A DNA stretch of 64,000 nucleotides from positions 48,863-112,862 of the IMG/VR virus record IMGVR_UViG_3300025372_000010. The stretch is one strand, 5' to 3'. The notes beneath the pieces are model-generated. The model was given only the letters and a program-made list of their open reading frames with translations. It was not told where the DNA came from and made no database searches. This DNA is from a virus (Duplodnaviria > Caudoviricetes). Each line of letters begins with the position of its first letter. Positions within the stretch are counted from its first letter, which is position 1. Shown here piece by piece: positions 29,726-39,496 of this stretch. The translations under genes were made by a program, and so were the position numbers.

Positions 29726-30709
29726 TTACGATATTTTTTTGTTTATTAATGTGATGAGCACTTCTCTAGTCTTTTTTGCTCCATGATCTTTAATAGAATC
29801 AGAGGGATCTTTACTTAGAGGTAGTACAGCCACTTCTACAAAAGGATAGTTTTCTTTATACTTCTGCATAGATTTAATACCAGCTTCATCGTTATCAAAG
29901 ATAATAATAATCTTTTTATAACTCTCCTGGAATTCTTGCATCTGCTCTGCTTTAATCATTGTGTTCTCAGAGTCGGGAGCTACTACATCTATAGAAGATA
30001 GTTTAAGCGATTTAATAGACATTATATCCTTAAGGCTAGAAGTGATAACAAGATAGTCTTGCTTACTCAATTGCTCCATGCCTTGGATGTAGTCTCTCAC
30101 CTTTATAAACTTTTTATCTAGCGTCTTGGGCTGATAAATCTTATAAAGAGATCCATCTTTCTTAAAATATCCATAGAGATAGTTACTGCTAATCACTAGC
30201 GTTTTATCATCACTATCAGATTCTTCTTTATGAAGATAATAACTACTTAATGGACGAACATTATATTCGTCTAGCATCTTAGATCCTATATTGAACTGTG
30301 TCCAATAATAAGCATCTTGATTAGTCCAGCCTCTCAGTACATACTGACTCACCTTGTATTTAGATTGCTTTTTAAAGATACCTACATCATAGCCTCCATT
30401 GTTATGAAGGATAAAGTCGTTGTAGATTTCAATAATAAGCTCTGCAGCTTGATGAAACTTTAGCTGATGCATATCTTTTACAAGATCTATAGCTGAGCCT
30501 GATTTACCAGTAGAGAAGTCCTTAAACTTGTAAACTCCAGTTTTACTTACATAGATGCACATACTAGGTGTACGTTCTTTAGAGTTAAATATACTCTTGA
30601 TCTTTACATCTTGACCTGTAAGTTTTTCTTTGAGTTTGCAGAAGTGTTCAAACATCCAGGGGATGGGTACATCTTTTATATTGTGTACCAAGTTCTTTGT
30701 CTTAAACAT
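29726..30709 (-). CDS. DNA primase (TOPRIM, crAss-type)
   Basis: ERTPS..FKDFSTG, ITSSLKD, FDNDEAG, KDPSD. Confidence 0.85.
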   Translation of the reverse strand: MFKTKNLVHNIKDVPIPWMFEHFCKLKEKLTGQDVKIKSIFNSKERTPSMCIYVSKTGVYKFKDFSTGKSGSAIDLVKDMHQLKFHQAAELIIEIYNDFILHNNGGYDVGIFKKQSKYKVSQYVLRGWTNQDAYYWTQFNIGSKMLDEYNVRPLSSYYLHKEESDSDDKTLVISSNYLYGYFKKDGSLYKIYQPKTLDKKFIKVRDYIQGMEQLSKQDYLVITSSLKDIMSIKSLKLSSIDVVAPDSENTMIKAEQMQEFQESYKKIIIIFDNDEAGIKSMQKYKENYPFVEVAVLPLSKDPSDSIKDHGAKKTREVLITLINKKIS

Positions 30710-30723
30710 AGGATATGAAGTTT

Positions 30724-30753
30724 AAAAAAGAGGGGGATGTAGAAACACCCCCC
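30724..30753 (-). terminator. Intrinsic terminator
   Basis: GGGGGTGT-TTCT-ACATCCCCC then T tract; the same TTCT loop recurs at ~57680 and ~63005. Confidence 0.7.
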
Positions 30754-30784
30754 GACTGTGTATATATAGTCAGAACTAAAAGGC

Positions 30785-31399
30785 TTACATATCGAAGTCA
30801 TTATTAGCTGGCTCAAAGCTACCAACTGCTTTTGAAGCAGGTAAAGCTTTGTAATGATACTGATTGTTCTTATCGAACTTATCTAACTTGCTATCATCAG
30901 AGCTTACAAACTTAAACTTAGGCAAAGATAACTTAACTATTGTTTTTCCGTTGTATTCTTCCTCTGTACCTTTTAAGAAGAAATACACATTGTTACCCTT
31001 AACTATGTTAATAGCTTGTGCAACCCAGTCTTCAATGCTTGAAGCAGAGATAGAATCGATCTCACTTCTCAACCCTAACTCTGCAGCTATTGTTGTAAGT
31101 TTGTACAAGATCTCATTCTTCATAACATTAGTCTCATCGAATTGATCAGTCCAAATAGTTGCAGTAACTCTTGCTGATTGACCTTTAAACTTAGGGCCAT
31201 CATCGTTACCTTTCTCAATTGACCAACCCTCAAAGTCTGGTAAGGCTGGACCTTCTAATACTAACTCAAGGACTTTCTTATCCTTCTTGTTAGATGTTCT
31301 TAACGCACCGCTGTAGATGTGTGCATAAACTACTCCTGGCTGTAAGGATTTTGCTACTCCTCCGCCTTGTTTTACTTCTTGTCCTTTTGTACTGAACAT
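30785..31399 (-). CDS. Putative ssDNA-binding protein
   Basis: Lies between the AAA ATPase and the primase; beta-rich with an acidic/aromatic C-terminal tail (NNDFDM). Function inferred. Confidence 0.55.
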   Translation of the reverse strand: MFSTKGQEVKQGGGVAKSLQPGVVYAHIYSGALRTSNKKDKKVLELVLEGPALPDFEGWSIEKGNDDGPKFKGQSARVTATIWTDQFDETNVMKNEILYKLTTIAAELGLRSEIDSISASSIEDWVAQAINIVKGNNVYFFLKGTEEEYNGKTIVKLSLPKFKFVSSDDSKLDKFDKNNQYHYKALPASKAVGSFEPANNDFDM

Positions 31400-31425
31400 A
31401 GTGGTTTGTATTTAATTATTAATAA

Positions 31426-33081
31426 TTACTTTTCATAGTCTAATATAGACTGTCTTACATAAGCTAAATCATTAGCTATCTCAAAGCTTGGGAACATACC
31501 TCTTGGACTCTTACAAGTATTCTCACCATTGTTAGATGTCTCAAATACATAACGGATGTTACCATCTTTGTCTTTCTTTACCTTACCAAATAATACGATA
31601 GAGAATAAACCCTCTAGGGTTAACTTTTCATCTACCATTTTCTTTTACTACCTCCAGTTTCTTGGAGGAATAGACTATATCTTCTAAATTTTATATTTCC
31701 ATATCAGACCGCATGCAGACTTGGTTCTACCTGCACATACGTTAGCAATCTGACCTCTTCTACAATTATGCTCAATAGCAGCTTCTTGTATAGAAGAGTA
31801 TTCTTTTTTAATATTACCATCACTATCTATAAGAAGAACAGGTTTATATCTTTTTCTTTTTGTTTCTTCTGATTGCTTTTTACCTAGGTTATGCTGTCTT
31901 ATTTTATTTTTAGTTATTTCTGATAACTTTTTACCTAAGTGAGCTTTACTGATTTTAGCTTTAACATCAACAGGTCTTTCACGACCTTTTAGAGATTTTG
32001 ATCTTTTCAGTTTACTTTCTTCTGATACTATTTGTTGTTGATTGCCATCTCCACCAATAGTCATATTTACTAAGGAATATCCCCAGGATTTTAACTGACT
32101 GATCCAGTATTGCTCAAGCTTTTTCCAACATTCATTTGGCTCTACAATGTCAATAACTTCTATAATTGGTATTGTACCTTTTAAGAGTAATCCTTTGATC
32201 CAGGCTTTTTTATAAGTGCTTGTTCCATTGTGTAAGCTATCATGTATGTGTTGCGATAGTCTATATTTTAAAGAACTTGTGGTTTTTCCTATATATCTGA
32301 TTTGTTCAGTTATAGGATCCGTTAGGGTGTAGATTATTATAGTTTTCATAAGTGACTTCTATAATATAATCTACAAAACCTTTGGTTAAATACAAAATTT
32401 ACTTCACCATTTCCCCCAAGGTTTTCTTGGAGTACTCCCCATCACAGGGATAGTCGTTGAACTTTTATCCTTGGCACCATCCAGTAGGATACTTAGCTGC
32501 TGATTACCCAATCTCTATCTCTTTTACTATATTACAATTATTACTATTGTAGGGAGTGTATAGAGCTCTAAGGGTGTCCCAGTCAATTAGATGAATACAG
32601 GCAAAATGATTTCACCAATAGTTTTTGCTTTAAACTTACGTTTACCCTCTAAGTCAGTTGACTCTTCAGCATGAGTTAAGAAATAAACTTGTAAGTCCTC
32701 TCTTAGATCTTTTGGCATTCTAGCTATACGAGCCAAACCTGCACCGATCTGAGTAAATTTTTCGTAGCCTTTCTCGTCACTTCTATCAAAGTACTCGAAT
32801 GAAGACATGTATTGAAAGTCATCAACGACTACTACCTTTATTTCAGGTCTTTTGTCACTGATGTATTTCAACGCTGCTTCAATAGCTGGTACACTTGCTT
32901 TGTCATACATATTACCTTGTGGGTTTTCTTTAGACCAAAGTGTGTACTTTGATTTCCATCCTCTGAAAGGAAGAGCTTTGTTAGCTACGTTAATGATAAA
33001 AGTCTCCTTAGGATTTAAGGACTCAATGCTAGTTGATTTACCAGCACCACTTTCTGCGATTACTAATACGCCTGTTGCCAT
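31426..33081 (-). CDS. AAA_24/Sak4-like ATPase, spliced: exon 1 32614-33081, exon 2 31426-31641 (227 aa)
   Basis: AESGAGKS Walker A and VVVDD Walker B; removing the intron gives continuous KAKTIG|KMVDEKLTLEGLF. Confidence 0.85.
31642..32613 (-). mobile_element. Group I self-splicing intron (972 nt)
   Basis: P AAUUGACUGGGA, Q AAUCAGCAG, R UUCAACGACUA, S AAGAUAUAGUCU; 5' splice after U with P1 GGU/GCC; terminal G at 31642; P10 CAUUUU/AAAAUG. Confidence 0.92.
31684..32349 (-). CDS. Intron-encoded GIY-YIG homing endonuclease (NUMOD3/NUMOD1)
   Basis: IIY...YIGKT...R..QH...LE..WI...N...GGDG; lies between the R and S elements. Confidence 0.9.
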   Translation of the reverse strand: MKTIIIYTLTDPITEQIRYIGKTTSSLKYRLSQHIHDSLHNGTSTYKKAWIKGLLLKGTIPIIEVIDIVEPNECWKKLEQYWISQLKSWGYSLVNMTIGGDGNQQQIVSEESKLKRSKSLKGRERPVDVKAKISKAHLGKKLSEITKNKIRQHNLGKKQSEETKRKRYKPVLLIDSDGNIKKEYSSIQEAAIEHNCRRGQIANVCAGRTKSACGLIWKYKI

Positions 33082-33089
33082 GTTGTGTG

Positions 33090-33701
33090 TTATTTATTGT
33101 TTTTGATAAGTTCGTTTAACCAAGTTTTTGTACTTACTGGTCTACCAGTATGTATAGCAAAGTAGTCTCTAATAGTCATCTGTGAATATAAAGCATCTTC
33201 CATAGGAGCAGGTGCTTGATATGCAGGAATAGTTGGAGCAGCTAGAGATTGTGCAGTTACCCATGGCTTAACTGTATTAGTTTCTGTATCATCATCTTTT
33301 AATACATCATCTAATATAATAGCAGTAGATACTGGACTTATTACTTTTGCTTCTTCTAATGGAACTAAGTATGAGTTCTTCTCATTAAGAACATACTCAT
33401 CTTCAAAGTAGTCATTAGGTGCAATGCGATAGATTTTACGATCTGTAGATTGATAGTTTCTTGTAACGATTTCAAAGAACACACCCTTTGGCATCTTAAA
33501 CTCTGATGCAAATACTCCTATATAGAGTTTGCCATCATTAAGTGATTTGTCATAAAAAGCCATCTTAAATGTAAAGTTACTTTCAGAAACACCAAGATCT
33601 TTAATCATAGCTTTATGATACTCACGGATCTCTTTGCGTTTCTCTGCTCTTTCATCTACCGGCTGTTGTTGTGGATTGTAGTTTGCTGTATTGAAAGTCA
33701 T
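33090..33701 (-). CDS. Hypothetical protein
   Basis: 203-aa ORF between the helicase and the ATPase. Confidence 0.7.
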   Translation of the reverse strand: MTFNTANYNPQQQPVDERAEKRKEIREYHKAMIKDLGVSESNFTFKMAFYDKSLNDGKLYIGVFASEFKMPKGVFFEIVTRNYQSTDRKIYRIAPNDYFEDEYVLNEKNSYLVPLEEAKVISPVSTAIILDDVLKDDDTETNTVKPWVTAQSLAAPTIPAYQAPAPMEDALYSQMTIRDYFAIHTGRPVSTKTWLNELIKNNK

Positions 33702-33726
33702 GTTGTTAATTGTTTCTTTTTAAGAA

Positions 33727-34791
33727 TTATAGTTCTTCCCCTATATCTGCTGATACAGCTCTACCTCTTCTTCTGTTTCCAAATGTACTTACCCCATTAT
33801 TAGCAATAGATACATTTGTGTTGGGTTCAGGTACTTCTACCAATTGACCTTTATCAAATTCTGTCTTCATAAATAGTACATTATTATCATCGTTACCATT
33901 ACGAATCTTTAGTAGATGCATAAATACATCTCCTTTTTGACAGATATATTCTTTGGGTCCATAGATAGGAATATCTGCTTTTAATGGATTAGCTAATACA
34001 ATAACCATCTCAGATGCTTGCATAAAAGCATCACCTCCAAATATATCAGACGAGGTAGGATAGTTCATAATACTACCAGGAGTCTTTCTACTTGGCTCAT
34101 CAATACTTCTATTGAGCTGAGTGATCATTATAATAATAATAGGGAGTTCTTTCTTCACCTGCATAAGAGCTTCTGCAGTGTTGTAGAGAGTTTGTATCTT
34201 CTCTCTTTCATCATTAGCTTTCTTAAGAAGCCAACTGTGGTCAATAGTTACGATCAAAGGCTTACGTCCATTCTCATTGTAGAAGTAGTGTATAGCTTTA
34301 ACCATCTCCTTATGATCCATAGGTTCGTTTATAAAGTTACGCACCACACCTTTACGCTCTAACATCTCTGTTTCTTTAACTAGCTTTTCTATTAGTTGAA
34401 AAGTGTAGTCATCAAGAGCTTGTTTAGAACTTAGTATCACTCCGTAGTCTTTTGCTGTCTCTGCTGCAAAGTGTCTAGCACCATACTGCTCAGGAGCCAT
34501 CTCAAACTGGAACTCTAAGATACCAAAGTCTTGGTCGGGATTTAATAAACGAGATTGTCTTAGTATCTGACTAACAATCATAGTCTTACCGGCACCAGGT
34601 CGAGCTCCAATAGTAATCATAGATTGCCATTCTAACCCACCTAAGCTTGCATTATTCAAGCCGGCCCATGGTGTTTTAAAGGATTTGATCCTACCATGTT
34701 TTCTATTCTCTATATTGTGAAGAGCTTTCTTCAAAACATCAGAGAACTTAAGAGACTTATAGGGTCTCACAGTTTGTTGTTGTTCACTCAT
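33727..34791 (-). CDS. DnaB-like (SF4) replicative helicase
   Basis: GARPGAGKT, FQFEM, IDH, TQLNR, KIRNG. Confidence 0.9.
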   Translation of the reverse strand: MSEQQQTVRPYKSLKFSDVLKKALHNIENRKHGRIKSFKTPWAGLNNASLGGLEWQSMITIGARPGAGKTMIVSQILRQSRLLNPDQDFGILEFQFEMAPEQYGARHFAAETAKDYGVILSSKQALDDYTFQLIEKLVKETEMLERKGVVRNFINEPMDHKEMVKAIHYFYNENGRKPLIVTIDHSWLLKKANDEREKIQTLYNTAEALMQVKKELPIIIIMITQLNRSIDEPSRKTPGSIMNYPTSSDIFGGDAFMQASEMVIVLANPLKADIPIYGPKEYICQKGDVFMHLLKIRNGNDDNNVLFMKTEFDKGQLVEVPEPNTNVSIANNGVSTFGNRRRGRAVSADIGEEL

Positions 34792-34795
34792 AAGA

Positions 34796-35029
34796 TTAAA
34801 CTAATTCTTCTTTGATTTGAAATACTTCTTTGATCATACTAGTTAAATTAGTAGATGCATCTTTTAAACCTTGTAGATAAGCTACCTTAACTAAATGGTT
34901 AGCAATGTACTCAAAGTTTTTAAAATCAGTGACTCTTAGTTCAGGTCTTTCTTTTAGAGCAATTGAAGATCTTTCAAACAGCTCTCTTAAGTTGTCAAAC
35001 TGTGGGATGTTGATTGTTGGTTCTGACAT
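34796..35029 (-). CDS. Hypothetical protein
   Basis: 77-aa ORF preceded by TTTG-N20-TAACTTTA (35051-35082). Confidence 0.6.
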   Translation of the reverse strand: MSEPTINIPQFDNLRELFERSSIALKERPELRVTDFKNFEYIANHLVKVAYLQGLKDASTNLTSMIKEVFQIKEELV

Positions 35030-35107
35030 ATGTTGTGTATTTTGGGGTTGTAAAGTTAGTGTGTTGTGGTGATGATTACAAATAAATCTACGACTTATTT
35101 TTTAGAT

Positions 35108-35683
35108 TTATGAGTAGATAATGTTAGGGTTATCTAGCAACATTTGGCAATGATCTGCTAATGAACTCTTTACATCTTTTGTAGTGGTGTCACTTTTTTT
35201 AATAAAATATGCACTAGTCATCATGTACATATAGTTCTTTAAACTAAATCTGTGCACATAGTACTCAGTTGCATCTAGTACAAGATCCCAGTCATATTCT
35301 GGATAGTTTTTAAAGAACCAGATGAAGTTATCTTTTAGCTCTTTCATACTTTGACGAGCTAACTGATTGGACGGCAAACGCTTAGCTGGGAATATCTCAC
35401 GATACTCTTTAATCTTTTCCATAAAGCCTTCACCTAATACATCTGTTGCTACCTTCTTCTTAGTCTTAACTAGATAGGTTTCAAACTCTTCTAGTATAGC
35501 TAAGCCTTTAGCAGTGATAACATTGCTATCACTTAATAATCCAGCATCTCTACAAGACTGTGCAACTTGCTCAGTATCAATAAGATCTGATGGTTTAATC
35601 TTTTCCCTGCAACAATCAAGCAAGTAAATCTGATTCGGGGATACTTTGTGTCGGACTATCGTAGTCCATAGTTGATGGCTCAT
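35108..35683 (-). CDS. Hypothetical protein, possible replication initiator/loader
   Basis: Winged-helix-like N-terminus (ITAKGLAIL); upstream of the helicase. Function inferred. Confidence 0.5.
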   Translation of the reverse strand: MSHQLWTTIVRHKVSPNQIYLLDCCREKIKPSDLIDTEQVAQSCRDAGLLSDSNVITAKGLAILEEFETYLVKTKKKVATDVLGEGFMEKIKEYREIFPAKRLPSNQLARQSMKELKDNFIWFFKNYPEYDWDLVLDATEYYVHRFSLKNYMYMMTSAYFIKKSDTTTKDVKSSLADHCQMLLDNPNIIYS

Positions 35684-36128
35684 AAACTTCCTGGTTATAT
35701 TGTGTTTTAATGTGGTTGATTATTGATGTGTACTTAATCTTAAAGTTAGCATCAGTTTCAGCTAAGTTATTAAAAGTAGTGATATTATGTATCACTGTTG
35801 TGTGATCCATCTTTAAGTGCTGACCAATCTTTTTTAAAGAGTAACCCATAGTTCTAGCTATTTTAAAGAACATAGCTCTCACTTCTACCAACTCTCTGTA
35901 TCTACGATGAGTTCTAATAGTGATTCTTTCTTTCTTTAAGTGGTCAGGTAAATGTGGGTTAACACACTCTTCTAATACATCTAAAGCCAACATCGGAATG
36001 TATCCGTCACTATCTGTATACACCTTAGTGACAATAATAGGATAGTACCCAATCTTATCAAAGAACTTAGCTTTGAACTCCTCAATCATTTTTCTTTCTA
36101 GTTTACTAGCATAGTTTTTACTGTCCAT
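35616..36128 (-). CDS. DnaA C-terminal (domain IV) HTH protein
   Basis: R.RELVEVRAMF..IAR..GYSLKKIG..L.MDHTTVIH signature. Confidence 0.8.
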   Translation of the reverse strand: MDSKNYASKLERKMIEEFKAKFFDKIGYYPIIVTKVYTDSDGYIPMLALDVLEECVNPHLPDHLKKERITIRTHRRYRELVEVRAMFFKIARTMGYSLKKIGQHLKMDHTTVIHNITTFNNLAETDANFKIKYTSIINHIKTQYNQEVYEPSTMDYDSPTQSIPESDLLA

Positions 36129-36145
36129 ATTGGTTATTTTGTGTA

Positions 36146-36227
36146 CAAATGTATATTATTTCGGTATAAGTTAACATAGTTATCCAGGTTTTTTTTATAA
36201 AAGTCTAGAAAAAACCTTATATTATAG
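36146..36227. promoter_or_regulatory. Divergent promoter region
   Basis: TACATTTG (minus, 36146-36153) for the replication operon; TTATATTATAG (plus, 36217-36227) ahead of the lysis block. Confidence 0.5.
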
Positions 36228-36285
36228 TGTAGGGTTTTGTGTAGCTCTACACTTCTTAAGTTTATATTTATTAAATCTTATTAAT

Positions 36286-36567
36286 ATGTCTTATCCTCAA
36301 AACTTCTACGCTCAGAAGGATTATTTAGGATTTCCTATCCCAGGTACTATGATGTCTGTACCTTATGGTAAGGCTATTCCTAAAACTAGTATTGCTATTC
36401 CAGCAGCTGATGTTACTCCAGGTAACGGTCAAACTGTTGTTGCTCACAAAGACAACTTACGTTATTTTGTACGTAAAGATCAAGCTGGTAATATCATACC
36501 TAACTCATTGTTTACCAGTTATAAAACACCAACTGGATTAGTATATGAGTTTAAATTAGTTCACTAA
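36286..36567 (+). CDS. Hypothetical protein
   Basis: First gene of the plus-strand block; internal repeat FY(A/V)xKDxxGxxIP. Confidence 0.7.
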   Translation: MSYPQNFYAQKDYLGFPIPGTMMSVPYGKAIPKTSIAIPAADVTPGNGQTVVAHKDNLRYFVRKDQAGNIIPNSLFTSYKTPTGLVYEFKLVH

Positions 36568-36588
36568 TCCTTAAATCTTGAGATACAA

Positions 36589-36879
36589 ATGGCTGCTTCT
36601 ACAATAGATAAAATTAAGCTTTGGCTATTTCCAGGCTTAATGAGTTGCTTAGCTGCTCTTATATGGGCAGATGTATCTGAGATTAAATCAGATGTTAAAA
36701 CATTAATGGCTGTCTCTATAAAAGATGGTATTAGGATTGATAATTTAGAAGGAAAGCTAAAAACAGCTTCTATTCCTTCAGCTCCAAAAGATGAGATTCC
36801 TTTTATGTTTGAAAGAGTAGCTGTTGTTCCAGATAACAGATTATTTGCTCAAGCTAAATATATAAAACCACTAAAATAA
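36589..36879 (+). CDS. Single-TM membrane protein (lysis module)
   Basis: N-terminal TM helix followed by a short coiled coil. Confidence 0.6.
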   Translation: MAASTIDKIKLWLFPGLMSCLAALIWADVSEIKSDVKTLMAVSIKDGIRIDNLEGKLKTASIPSAPKDEIPFMFERVAVVPDNRLFAQAKYIKPLK

Positions 36880-36885
36880 CTTACT

Positions 36886-37155
36886 ATGACATTCAAAGAA
36901 TGGGTTGTTGATTTATTCAAAGACGAAAGAGGAGCTATCTCTATAAAGCCAGTTGTTGCTTTTATGGGAGCTTTATTCTTATGTGTTACATTATGTGCTA
37001 ACTCTTTTACAGAAGAGAAGTTTAAACCTGCTGATAAATTAGTGGACGCTGTAATGGTGATCACTGCTATCGGAATGGGTGCTGACTCATTAGATAAATT
37101 CACTGTAAAAAAAGATGTATCTGCACCAGCTGCTGAAGAAAAATCTGAAGAATAA
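36886..37155 (+). CDS. Putative holin
   Basis: 89 aa, two hydrophobic helices, charged C-terminus, upstream of the endolysin. Confidence 0.55.
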   Translation: MTFKEWVVDLFKDERGAISIKPVVAFMGALFLCVTLCANSFTEEKFKPADKLVDAVMVITAIGMGADSLDKFTVKKDVSAPAAEEKSEE

Positions 37156-37781
37156 TGAATAAGATAATGACCTTATTAGTCCTTGCACTAATAGGTATTA
37201 TCGTTTTAGAGAGAACAGGTTGTAGTGGAGCTCTTGGCTTACACTCTAAAGCTGACACTCTGATAACGCATGATACCACTTATGAAGTGCATGACAGTCT
37301 AATCACTAAAAAGATGGTGGTTAATAATACAGTATTTGAACCAGAATATATCAAAGGTGATACTAAGTATATTCCAGATACTAACTATGCTGTCCTTAAA
37401 GCTCAGTTTGAAGCTCTTGTAAAAGAACATGCTTCTAAGAATATGTATAAGGATAGTTTGAAGTTAGATTCAATTGGTTATGTAGTGGTTAGTGACACTG
37501 TACAGTTTAATAAATTAGATAACAGAGGATATCAATATCACTATAGCCTACCTCATTATAACACTACTATGACGATCACTAAACATGATCAGCCAAAGAC
37601 TCAGTTATATATTGGTGGTGGTATAGATGGTAATAGAACATTAGGAATCACAGGAATATCTGCTGGATTACTATTGAAAAACAAAAAAGATCAGATATAT
37701 GGTTTAAAAGTAGGTACTGACATACATGGACAAATCGTCTATGGTATGGAGTCTTACTGGAAGATCAAACTTAAAAAGTAA
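37155..37781 (+). CDS. Putative spanin-like exported protein
   Basis: N-terminal anchor with Cys, DT-rich periplasmic region, C-terminal amphipathic beta strands; lysis context. Confidence 0.5.
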   Translation: MNKIMTLLVLALIGIIVLERTGCSGALGLHSKADTLITHDTTYEVHDSLITKKMVVNNTVFEPEYIKGDTKYIPDTNYAVLKAQFEALVKEHASKNMYKDSLKLDSIGYVVVSDTVQFNKLDNRGYQYHYSLPHYNTTMTITKHDQPKTQLYIGGGIDGNRTLGITGISAGLLLKNKKDQIYGLKVGTDIHGQIVYGMESYWKIKLKK

Positions 37782-37787
37782 TATACT

Positions 37788-38006
37788 ATGAAAAAGATTA
37801 TTGACTTAATCAAAGCTTTACTTGGTGGTGGTTCTTTAGCAGAAAAAGCTATAGAGCTTAAACAATTAGAGTCTGCTGTAAAAGAAGAAGTTGCTACTGT
37901 AAAAGAAGTGGTAGCTGAAAAAACAGCTGAAGTTAAAGCTGTTGAGACTAAAGTAGCTAATAAGATAGCTCCTAATAAAAATAACAAACCTAATAAGAAA
38001 AAATAA
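37788..38006 (+). CDS. Hypothetical Lys/Glu/Ala-rich protein
   Basis: 72-aa ORF in the operon. Confidence 0.6.
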   Translation: MKKIIDLIKALLGGGSLAEKAIELKQLESAVKEEVATVKEVVAEKTAEVKAVETKVANKIAPNKNNKPNKKK

Positions 38007-38012
38007 AACCCT

Positions 38013-38636
38013 ATGGATTTAAGTAAACTAAAAGGAAAAGGCGTGCCAGATAGTATCTTAGCGATTCTACCTGAAGCTTTCGCAAAGTATGAAATCAACA
38101 GTGTGTTAAGAGCTGCTCATTTTTTAGCTCAGATTGCACATGAGTCTGGTGACTTTACAATCAAGACTGAGAGTATGAACTACTCTACTCCTGAGCGTAT
38201 TGTAGCTATATGGCCTAGCCGTTTTAATTTAGACGGATCTAATGGTAAGAAAAACGCACATGATTACATTAAGAATCAAGAAAAACTTGCAGAAGCTGTA
38301 TACGGTGGCCGTATGGGGAATAACAACCCAGGTGACGGATTTAGATTCCGTGGTGGTGGATTTTTACAGCTTACAGGTAAGGACGCATACAAAGGTTATG
38401 CTGCTTATCTTGGTAAAACAGTTGAAGAAGCTGCAGACTTATTAAGATCTGACAACCACTTTGCATTAGATGCAGCTTGTTGGGAGTATGTAAATAACAT
38501 GAAACTAAATGCTGTAGCTGATACAGGTTCTAGTGATGAAGTTATTACAAAAATCACTAAGCGTGTTAATGGTGGTACAATTGGTTTGTCAGAACGAATT
38601 AAAGAATTTAAACATTTTTATAGTTTACTTAAATAA
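38013..38636 (+). CDS. Endolysin, glycoside hydrolase family 19
   Basis: FLAQIAHES, DGFRFRGGGFLQLTGK, ITKRVNGG. Confidence 0.9.
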   Translation: MDLSKLKGKGVPDSILAILPEAFAKYEINSVLRAAHFLAQIAHESGDFTIKTESMNYSTPERIVAIWPSRFNLDGSNGKKNAHDYIKNQEKLAEAVYGGRMGNNNPGDGFRFRGGGFLQLTGKDAYKGYAAYLGKTVEEAADLLRSDNHFALDAACWEYVNNMKLNAVADTGSSDEVITKITKRVNGGTIGLSERIKEFKHFYSLLK

Positions 38637-39331
38637 TGGATTACCAAAAACACTATAATAAGTTGATGGAATCTAGGTTACTTTTAAAGACTGAAAGGTA
38701 CCAAGAAAGAAAAACTGGAGGATATTATGAAGGACATCATATTATTCCTAAAGCTAAAGGAGGAACTGGAACTAGTACAAGAGGTTTAAATCATCCTAAT
38801 ATAGTTCTTCTCACTGCTCGTGAGCACTTTTTAGCCCATTGGTTATTGTGGAAAATACATGGAGATAGAGCTTCTGCGTTAGCTTTTCACAAAATGATGT
38901 CTACTAATAAAAACCAAGATCGTATAGTTTCCTCTAGAGGATATGAAGAAGCTAGATTAGCTTTTTCAGAAACCAATAAAGGAAATCAATATGGTAAAGG
39001 AAAAACAAAAGTGGTTACAGAAGAACAAAAGAAAAGACAGTCTGAACTTATGAAAGGAAGATATTCTGGACAGAACAATCCTTACTTTGATAAAACTCAT
39101 TCAGATGAATCTAAAAGAAAAATATCAGAAAAAGCTAAAGCTCGTCCTATAGAAACTAGAAGTGGTTACAAAGGATTGAAGATAGTTATAAAAGATGGAG
39201 TTATATTAGGAGAGTTTAAAGAATCAAATGATATTGCTAAATTTATAGGATGTTCTCACAGTAACATAAGACATGTACTAGCAGGACATCAAAAAAGTGC
39301 AAAAGGATATACTATACAATATAAAAACTAA
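38636..39331 (+). CDS. Free-standing HNH homing endonuclease with NUMOD3
   Basis: YYEGHHIIPK...NIVLLTAREHFLAH; HSDESKRKIS. Confidence 0.85.
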   Translation: MDYQKHYNKLMESRLLLKTERYQERKTGGYYEGHHIIPKAKGGTGTSTRGLNHPNIVLLTAREHFLAHWLLWKIHGDRASALAFHKMMSTNKNQDRIVSSRGYEEARLAFSETNKGNQYGKGKTKVVTEEQKKRQSELMKGRYSGQNNPYFDKTHSDESKRKISEKAKARPIETRSGYKGLKIVIKDGVILGEFKESNDIAKFIGCSHSNIRHVLAGHQKSAKGYTIQYKN

Positions 39332-39337
39332 CAAACT

Positions 39338-39466
39338 ATGGCAGGTAAAAAAAGCAGTGCTGATAACCGTAAGGTGACTTTCGGTAAGCGTAAAAGAGGT
39401 AAAGCGTCTAAGACGAAAGGACCAAAAGATAAACCAGTTAAACAATATCAAGGACAGGGTAGATAA
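39338..39466 (+). CDS. Small basic protein (42 aa; not in ORF track)
   Basis: MAGKKSSADNRKVTFGKRKRGKASKTKGPKDKPVKQYQGQGR with an A-rich leader. Confidence 0.65.
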   Translation: MAGKKSSADNRKVTFGKRKRGKASKTKGPKDKPVKQYQGQGR

Positions 39467-39496
39467 TTTCTACCCTTTTCTTTTAAAACCACTCGT

